NCBI GenBank assembly: GCA_963725255.1
Contig: CAVRXV010000012.1
Coordinates: forward strand, 14,301 to 78,300
DNA from: an uncultured Gammaproteobacteria bacterium
Lineage (GTDB): Bacteria > Pseudomonadota > Gammaproteobacteria > JAIEPX01
Length of the DNA: 64,000 nt
Direction of reading: 5' to 3'
Positions 57,744-64,000 of the stretch are shown in pieces (positions within the stretch are counted from its first letter, which is position 1; every line of letters begins with the position of its first letter). The notes below the pieces were generated by a model. It was not told the origin of the DNA. It saw only the letters and a list, made by a program, of their open reading frames with translations, and did no database searches. A program made the position numbers and the translations under genes.

Positions 57744-59861
57744 GTGCGAGTCATTAAACAACTGGTTCGCAAACTGGATTACCTTTCTAAAGACCAGATT
57801 GATGAAGTTCACAGAGCCTACCATTTAGCCAATGATGCCCACGTTGGGCAGCGACGATATACTGGCGAACCCTATATTACCCATCCAATCGCTGTAGCGA
57901 CCATCTTAGCTGAAATCCGCATGGATAAAGAAAGCATTATTGCGGGTTTATTGCATGATGTGGTTGAAGATACCCATATTACTAAAGCGGAAGTGGCAAG
58001 ACAATTTGGCGATACTGTTGCAGATATCGTAGAGGGTGTCACCAAACTTAGTAAAATAGAATTCAAAAGTCGTACCGAAGCCCAGGCTGAAAATTTTAGT
58101 AAAATGGTATTGGCGATGTCTAAAGATATTCGAGTGATCATCGTGAAACTCGCCGATCGTTTACATAATATGCGCACGATTGATTCATTACCTATTCCAA
58201 AACGTCGCCGTATTGCAAAAGAAACCCTTGAAATTTACGCTCCAATTGCTAATCGACTCGGTATGCATAGTTTTTATTTAGAGCTTGAAGATTTAGGGTT
58301 TAAGGCGAGTTACCCTCGTCGTTTTAGAATTTTGCAAAAAGCTGTTGATAAAGCAACCGGAAATCGGCAAGAAATTTTTGATGTGATTTTCAAATCCATT
58401 AAAAATGGGATGTACAATAGCGTGGTTGATAAATATGAAATAAAAGGACGTGAAAAACATTTGTTTGGTATCTATAAAAAAATGATCAGAAAAAGTTTAG
58501 CGTTTGATGAGATCATGGATGTCTATGGTTTTCGAGTTATTGTAACAACACAGGATATGTGTTACCGAGTATTAGGAATAATGCACAGTCTTTATAAGCC
58601 AGTACCTGGACGATTTAAAGATTATATTTCTCTGCCAAAAGCCAACGGATATCAATCAATTCACACCACATTAGTAGGGCCTTATGGTGTACCTATCGAA
58701 GTTCAAATTCGAACTTTTGAAATGGATGAACAAGCTAATAATGGAATTGCGGCTCATTGGTTGTACAAATCTGGTGCGCAATCACCTGAAATGACTGAAA
58801 TGAAAGAACAGCAGTGGCTTAAAAATTTATTGGATATGCAACAACGAACAGGTAGCTCAGAAGAATTTATTGAAAATGCAAAAGTAGATTTATTCCCCGA
58901 CGAAGTTTATGTTTTTACGCCAAATGGAAATATTATTCAGCTTCCAGCGGGTGCTACGCCCGTGGATTTTGCGTACGCCATTCACACCGATATTGGAAAC
59001 TTTTGTGTGGCCGCAAAAATCGACAGACAATTAGCACCCTTATCAAAACGATTATCGAATGGACAAACAATAGAAATAATCACATCACGATCAGCAAGAC
59101 CTAATCCTAATTGGCTTGATTTTATTGTGACAGGAAAAGCACGATCTAGTCTTCGTAATTATTTAAAAATGCAAAAACGCGCTGAATCGGTTTCGTTGGG
59201 TAAACGATTGCTTGATAAAGCATTAGCGAGTTTTTCACTTTCTTCCAAGAAAGTTCCCGCAGAAAAATTTGATGCTCTATTAGCTGAAACAAAATTGGAA
59301 ACCCGAGAAGATCTCTATGCTGAAATTGGAATGGGAAATCGTGTTCCCATGTTGGTGGCTCATCGATTAGCAGATGCACTGATGGTGCATTCACCAGAAA
59401 AAAATGCTCCAGATAAATCAACTGCGCCATTAATGATACATGGAACTGAGGGTTTAGTGATACAAATGGCAGAATGTTGTTATCCTCTCCCAGGTGATCC
59501 TATTGTAGGAATCATTAGTTCAGGTCAGGGTGTGATTGTACACAGTGAATTTTGTCATCACATTGCAAAATTACGCTTAGATTCTGACGTGTGCTTGCCA
59601 CTTCGCTGGGAGCCTCATATTAAAGGTGAATTTACTACACTCATTGAAGTAGATGTAATTAATCGACGAGGAGTGTTAGGGGAAATGGCAAATGCAGTTT
59701 CTGCGGCCGCCGCAAATATTGATGATATTCATGTTCACGAACGCGACGATCATCGCTATACCGTTTCTTTTACTCTCATTGTTGACGATAGGGCCCATTT
59801 AGCGAATGTCATTCGAAACATTCGAAAGTTAAAATCTGTTGTGCATGTGCGTCGAGTGTGA
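57744..59861 (+). CDS. spoT: bifunctional (p)ppGpp synthetase/hydrolase
   Basis: HD domain (HPIAVA...LLHDVVEDT), RelA/SpoT synthetase, TGS and ACT regions; 705 aa. GTG start. Confidence 0.95.
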   Translation: MRVIKQLVRKLDYLSKDQIDEVHRAYHLANDAHVGQRRYTGEPYITHPIAVATILAEIRMDKESIIAGLLHDVVEDTHITKAEVARQFGDTVADIVEGVTKLSKIEFKSRTEAQAENFSKMVLAMSKDIRVIIVKLADRLHNMRTIDSLPIPKRRRIAKETLEIYAPIANRLGMHSFYLELEDLGFKASYPRRFRILQKAVDKATGNRQEIFDVIFKSIKNGMYNSVVDKYEIKGREKHLFGIYKKMIRKSLAFDEIMDVYGFRVIVTTQDMCYRVLGIMHSLYKPVPGRFKDYISLPKANGYQSIHTTLVGPYGVPIEVQIRTFEMDEQANNGIAAHWLYKSGAQSPEMTEMKEQQWLKNLLDMQQRTGSSEEFIENAKVDLFPDEVYVFTPNGNIIQLPAGATPVDFAYAIHTDIGNFCVAAKIDRQLAPLSKRLSNGQTIEIITSRSARPNPNWLDFIVTGKARSSLRNYLKMQKRAESVSLGKRLLDKALASFSLSSKKVPAEKFDALLAETKLETREDLYAEIGMGNRVPMLVAHRLADALMVHSPEKNAPDKSTAPLMIHGTEGLVIQMAECCYPLPGDPIVGIISSGQGVIVHSEFCHHIAKLRLDSDVCLPLRWEPHIKGEFTTLIEVDVINRRGVLGEMANAVSAAAANIDDIHVHERDDHRYTVSFTLIVDDRAHLANVIRNIRKLKSVVHVRRV

Positions 59862-59863
59862 AC

Positions 59864-59948
59864 AGCATCTCCCGGTTAAGGATTTTGTATGTTTTAGTCA
59901 CTCAATGCCCTCTATTAATTGTTGTTGATTTTTAAACCGTGAGATGCT
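59864..59948. repeat. family-2 MITE-like element (14-nt imperfect terminal inverted repeats)
   Basis: agcatctcccggtt (59864-59877) versus the rc of aaccgtgagatgct (59935-59948), 13/14 match. Starts 3 nt after the spoT stop. Confidence 0.75.
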
Positions 59949-60032
59949 TCCTTTTATATAATTAGTGGAGAGAATCACGATTCTCTCCCCTAAAACCCCT
60001 CATCGCGAAAGGAATGCTGGGAATTGCTATAA

Positions 60033-61052
60033 CTATAGAATACACACTTCCGGGGTTAATTCTATTGAGAATTTCTCTTTGACATCTGTTTGAATTGCCT
60101 TCGCTAAATTACAAATATCGTCACCCGAACCATGATCATAATTAATAATAACCAGCGCTTGATTTTCATGAACGCCAACACGACCCAAACGTTTTCCGCG
60201 CCATCCACATTGCTCGATTAACCAAGCTGCGGGAATTTTTTTCATATTGTTTTTTTCAGGATAAAATTTAATATCTGGAAATTTTTTGAGTAGTGACTCG
60301 AAAAGTTCTTGAGTAATAATGGGGTTTTTGAAAAAGCTACCTGCATTGGGTAATTGAGATGGATCTGGTAATTTACTTCGGCGAATGTTGATTACGGCTT
60401 CACTGATAGTTTTAATAGACGGTGTTGTGACACCCATTTCTTTAAGCACATCACGAATTTGACCGTAATCCAAATGAAATAGGGGTTTTTTATTGAGACG
60501 TAATGTCACATCGGTAATGCAAAATTGATGGGCACATTCTGATTTGAATATACTCAAACGATACCCAAAATCACAATCCGCATGATCAAATCGAGTTGTT
60601 TTTCCCGACTTGAGATCAAAGGCTGTTAGCTCTACAAATACTGATTCAAATTCTACGCCGTACGCTCCGATATTTTGAATGGGTGCTGCGCCTACAGTTC
60701 CAGGAATTAACGAAAGATTTTCTATTCCAGCATATTCATGGGCGATGCAAAACTGCACTAACTCGTGCCAATTTTCTCCGGCACCTACCTTTAACCAAAT
60801 ATGATCCGATGACTCTTTTACTATCTCTATGCCTTGAATCCCGTTGAAAAGTATGAGGCCTGAAAAATCTTGTTGGAAAAGAGTATTACTTCCTGCTCCT
60901 AAGATGAGTAATGGATTATCCTGCCACATCTGGGTTTCTCGCAATGCCGTGAGATCGTTGATGTGCACGATTGGAGCTGCATAGCGGGCCTTAGCATCGG
61001 TGGCAAACGTGTGATGGTCTCTTAGTGGGACATTATTTTCGATAGTGGGCAT
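60033..61052 (-). CDS. murB: UDP-N-acetylenolpyruvoylglucosamine reductase
   Basis: LILGAGSNTLF, GIENLSLIPGTVGAAPIQNIGAYG, GSFFKNP. Confidence 0.95.
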   Translation of the reverse strand: MPTIENNVPLRDHHTFATDAKARYAAPIVHINDLTALRETQMWQDNPLLILGAGSNTLFQQDFSGLILFNGIQGIEIVKESSDHIWLKVGAGENWHELVQFCIAHEYAGIENLSLIPGTVGAAPIQNIGAYGVEFESVFVELTAFDLKSGKTTRFDHADCDFGYRLSIFKSECAHQFCITDVTLRLNKKPLFHLDYGQIRDVLKEMGVTTPSIKTISEAVINIRRSKLPDPSQLPNAGSFFKNPIITQELFESLLKKFPDIKFYPEKNNMKKIPAAWLIEQCGWRGKRLGRVGVHENQALVIINYDHGSGDDICNLAKAIQTDVKEKFSIELTPEVCIL

Positions 61053-61112
61053 ATTAGTCGCTAATCCAAGTCCAGGAAACAGCTATTATCATCAAATGGT
61101 CTGAGTTTTACA

Positions 61113-61150
61113 AGCATCTCACGGCTAGGGATTTTGAATGCTTTGGTCAT
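61113..61150 (+). repeat. family-2 repeat, solo end
   Basis: agcatctcacggctagggattttgaatgctttggtcat aligns with agcatctcccggttaaggattttgtatgttttagtcac at 59864. Confidence 0.7.
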
Positions 61151-61211
61151 ATTTGATATTTGTCAATCCTTGCGGAACAAAGTAAGATTAGGGTATTGAG
61201 AGGAGATTGTT

Positions 61212-61475
61212 GTGGAACGAGAAAGTAGATCAGCAAAAAAACGTGAGGTGGAGGCACTTCAAAAATTAGCATTGTCAATTGCAAAGCTCTCTGAAAAACA
61301 GATTGAGCGACTCAACTTGCCAGAAGAATTATATACTGCAGTATTAACATACAAAAAATTGAACTCCAATGGCGCTTTACGAAGACAAGCACAATATTTA
61401 GGTGTCTTAATGCGAGAAGCGGATCCTGATTTAATTCAGGCTCTTATGAAACAATTACAGAATTTTAAAAAATGA
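61212..61475 (+). CDS. short DUF615/YjgA-like protein (87 aa)
   Basis: SAKKREVEALQKLALSIAKLSEKQIERLNLPEELYTAV...GALRRQAQYLGVLMRE resembles the central part of YjgA. GTG start after GAGAGGAG. ATGA overlap with rlmL. Confidence 0.55.
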   Translation: MERESRSAKKREVEALQKLALSIAKLSEKQIERLNLPEELYTAVLTYKKLNSNGALRRQAQYLGVLMREADPDLIQALMKQLQNFKK

Positions 61476-62674
61476 ACTTTTCAAACTCACTTTTCGTTAC
61501 TTGCCCCAAAGGCATCGAAGGTTTATTACTCGAAGAAATAACTCAATTAGGGGCTACTTCCTGTAAGGAAACAGTAGGTGGCGTATTTTGTGAAGTATCA
61601 CTTGAAAACATGTATCAAATATGTATGTGGTCACGATTAGCCAATCGTGTATATCTGCCCCTCATTAAGGGCCCTGTATATAACACACAAGACTGTTATG
61701 ATTTATGTTCACGATATGATTGGTCTAAACTTTTTAAATTAGACAGCACATTGATGATTAGCTTTTCAGGTCATTCAGATTTTATTCGAAATACCGTTTT
61801 TGGTGCACAGTTAATTAAAGACGCTATCGTTGATAACTTAAGAAAAACATTACAACGTCGTTGTGATATTGATACAAAAAATCCTGACTGTCGTGTGCAT
61901 GCGCGATTGCGTCATGGCGTGCTGTCTGTGTATTATGATTTAAGTGGGCACAGCCTTCATCAACGAGGGTATCGCAAAAAAGGTGGCGAAGCACCAATCA
62001 AAGAAAATCTTGCGTGTGCATTATTAATGCGAGCAGGTTGGCCTGCAATGTCAAAAAATTGCCAACCACTCATTGATCCTGTATGTGGCTCAGGCACATT
62101 TTTAATTGAAGCAGCTATGATCGCAACTGATAAAGCGCCTGGACTGGATCGTTTTGATTATGGTTTTATCAATTGGCAAGGGCACGATTCAGAATTATGG
62201 AAAAAGCTACAAAAAGAAGCGCTCCTTAGACATGAGCGAGCGATGGAAGAGCCAATGTCTCTTTTTATTGGATTTGATAAAGATCAAGACGTCTTAAAAA
62301 TTGCCGAGCGAAATATTCACGCTGCAGGATTTTCAGGCATGATCCAACTTCAACATAAATCGCTCCATGAATTTGAATTACCAGCAGAATGTAAAGGAAA
62401 AACAGGATTGATTATTGCAAATCCACCTTACGGAGAAAGATTAGAAGAATCCGCAGATCTCATTCCACTCTATCAGGAATTAGGAGTAGCGCTCAGTCGA
62501 CATGCGCTTGATTGGAAAGCCGCAATTTTTACTTCAGATCCACTGCTTGCCCGATCAATAGGTTTACGTTCACATAAAAGTTATTCATTTTTAAATGGAA
62601 CAATTCCTTGCAAACTCTATTTGTTCGATTTAAATAAAGATAATCGACTGAAAGATAATGGCGTCGCGTCTTGA
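61472..62674 (+). CDS. rlmL: 23S rRNA m2G2445 methyltransferase domain (RlmL half only); the ORF ends inside a family-3 repeat
   Basis: THUMP-like N-terminus, DPVCGSGTFLIEAA, NPPYGERL. 400 aa versus about 700 for the fused E. coli RlmKL. The stop TGA at 62672-62674 lies in GGCGTCGCGTCTTGA. Confidence 0.85.
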   Translation: MNFSNSLFVTCPKGIEGLLLEEITQLGATSCKETVGGVFCEVSLENMYQICMWSRLANRVYLPLIKGPVYNTQDCYDLCSRYDWSKLFKLDSTLMISFSGHSDFIRNTVFGAQLIKDAIVDNLRKTLQRRCDIDTKNPDCRVHARLRHGVLSVYYDLSGHSLHQRGYRKKGGEAPIKENLACALLMRAGWPAMSKNCQPLIDPVCGSGTFLIEAAMIATDKAPGLDRFDYGFINWQGHDSELWKKLQKEALLRHERAMEEPMSLFIGFDKDQDVLKIAERNIHAAGFSGMIQLQHKSLHEFELPAECKGKTGLIIANPPYGERLEESADLIPLYQELGVALSRHALDWKAAIFTSDPLLARSIGLRSHKSYSFLNGTIPCKLYLFDLNKDNRLKDNGVAS

Positions 62675-62866
62675 TAACGGCGTCGCGTCTTGAGTTGTGA
62701 TAGGTTTTGTCTTTTTGATGAAATTACTTCGTAAAAAAATCATGGTTTTCATAATCTCAAAATGAAATTTAGCTATTTAAATAGTCACAATTTTTACCAA
62801 TATAATTATTTTCTATTTAATTTTTATACCGATTTTCCCAAACGTCCCACAACTCAAGCTACGGGT
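62660..62866. mobile_element. family-3 MITE (~190 bp, imperfect terminal inverted repeats) preceded by a 15-nt duplicate of its own tip
   Basis: GGCGTCGCGTCTTGA occurs at 62660-62674 and again at 62679-62693. The left end is GGCGTCGCGTCTTGAGTTGTGATAGGTTTTG. The right end cccaaacgtcccacaactcaagctacggg (to 62866) is its imperfect inverse. Confidence 0.75.
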
Positions 62867-62876
62867 ATTTTTTTCA

Positions 62877-63401
62877 TATCCAAACATTGATTTATTTGAA
62901 CGTTTTGCAGATCCGACGGATTATGAGGCAATCTATGAAATTGAAAAAAAGACAAATGATCGATTACGTGACAGCAATGGTGAGATTAAATTAGTCTCTC
63001 CTGAACAAAAAGTCACTGGTCCTGGTAGCTCCTACATCATGGCAGTTATTACGCATTTGAAACCTGAGGGTAGTCGTTTTAGTGATGGATCCCATTGAGC
63101 TTCATATGCGAGTCCTGAAAGAGAAACTTAATGCACAGTTACATGATATTACAGGTCAACAAAAAAATATGCTGGCGTCTATGATCTAAATGATTACACG
63201 CAATCGAAACGTTTTGCAAACCAATTAAGAAGCAAAGACGTTTCCGGTATAACTTACAGCAGCGTAAGATGCGAAAATCATGGTGATTATGCAGCAATAT
63301 TTCATCTTAACACCTTATCAAATTGCCAAGAAGATCATCACTTTTATTATTCCTGGAATGGCAAAGAGCTAGTTTCAATGTTAGACCTACCACTTTCGTA
63401 A
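62877..63401 (+). pseudogene. RES-domain toxin, N-terminally cut, internally deleted and frameshifted
   Basis: ...ERFADPTDYEAIYEIEKKTNDRLRDSNGEIKLVSPEQKVTGPGSSYIMAVITHLKPEGSRFSDGS then stop. Later DYTQSKRFANQLRSKDVSGITYSSVRCENHGDYAAIFHLN...HHFYYSWNG in another frame. No upstream antitoxin gene. Confidence 0.65.
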
Positions 63402-63444
63402 AAAAGGGATTGTATGTATGACATGCATATGCTATACATATAGT

Positions 63445-63620
63445 ATGGAATTCGAATAGCACGAAACAAAAGCTAGGATAAATGCGAAAAAACATGGTGT
63501 GACCTTTGAAGAGGCGATCACCTGCTTGTGTCTTATACAATAAGAGAGAAAGCGATACGCTTAATTTCAGCTAGATTGGCAACGAAGCAGGAGGTGAAAG
63601 ATTATGAAAAAGGCATATGA
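63445..63620 (+). pseudogene. BrnT-like toxin remnant (TGG->TAG nonsense plus internal deletion)
   Basis: MEFE*HETKARINAKKHGVTFEEAI..., then in another frame LYTIREKAIRLISARLATKQEVKDYEKGI*. Confidence 0.6.
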
Positions 63621-63930
63621 TTTGAAAAAGCTTAAGGTGAAACGTCGTGGCGTTTTATCAGCACTGCAAGCCGAAGAAACGTCTACAAATAAAGTGCGTA
63701 TTACGATCTCGCTGGATAAGGATATCATTGATTATTTTAAATCTGAGGCCAAGCATCCGGGTGCATTTCCATATCAGACACAAATTAATCATGCGCTACG
63801 ACAGTTAATCGAAAAAAGGCATGGGTCAGGTCATGAGGATATTGAAGTGCTAAAATCAGAGTTATTGCATGATGTTACTTTTATCAGCGAATTAGCCAAA
63901 ATGGTGAGTCGAAAACACACTAGAAAATAG
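63604..63930 (+). CDS. brnA: BrnA-like antitoxin (apparently intact)
   Basis: KVRITISLDKDIIDYFKSEAKHPGAFPYQTQINHALRQLI matches the remembered BrnA pattern (RxTxRLDxDVxxWFK...GYQTxINxxLR). Confidence 0.7.
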   Translation: MKKAYDLKKLKVKRRGVLSALQAEETSTNKVRITISLDKDIIDYFKSEAKHPGAFPYQTQINHALRQLIEKRHGSGHEDIEVLKSELLHDVTFISELAKMVSRKHTRK

Positions 63931-64000
63931 AACTCAGCGGGAGCTGCCTATTTGATTGTGCGTGGATCTTTAATTGTGTATTTCTTGTAGTCACAATGTT

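Noticed and set aside
63307-63540. 77-aa minus-strand ORF
   Set aside because: It overlaps the plus-strand RES and BrnT remnants, which explain the region better.

Overview
This is a 64-kb chromosomal window from an AT-rich gammaproteobacterium. About 45 housekeeping genes sit in blocks whose internal order matches E. coli: adk/trx; ampD-ampE | aceE-aceF-lpdA; xseB-ispA | dxs; pcnB-folK, coaD; rpmB-rpmG, radC, dut; rph/yicC; gmk | rpoZ-spoT; murB. Several features suggest a host-associated Legionellales/Coxiellaceae-type organism undergoing genome reduction. These are a K/A-rich histone-H1-like gene, an IcmD-like small membrane protein, many orphan ORFs with bilobed hydrophobic segments or polar effector-like tails, and frame-disrupted housekeeping genes (aceE, upp, yicC). 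This assignment is inference only, since no database search was possible. Accessory DNA sits at the block junctions marked |. Main observations: (1) A 4.3-kb module lies between gmk and rpoZ. It is bounded by 119-bp direct repeats, an IS91-family transposase remnant and a second, mostly synonymously diverged copy of the last 13 gmk codons plus the stop. It carries a split GT-B/EarP-like ORF, a long helical ORF and a beta-rich ORF. (2) There are three families of short repeats or MITE-like elements. One donates stop codons to ORFs and coincides with truncation of rlmL after its first methyltransferase domain. (3) An Inc-like membrane-protein gene between ampE and aceE is boxed in by GGGGTCAGATCT hairpins. 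(4) A 6.5-kb insertion separates xseB-ispA from dxs and carries a 1172-aa orphan. (5) Neighbouring orphans share the peptide motif SSAFF[DN]SKK, encoded by different codons. (6) aceE has about 16 frame changes clustered in its central 1.4 kb, while aceF and lpdA are intact. (7) One toxin-antitoxin pair is intact (Phd/VapC), and there is a decayed RES plus BrnT/BrnA cluster. I saw no rRNA, CRISPR array, or intact transposase or integrase.
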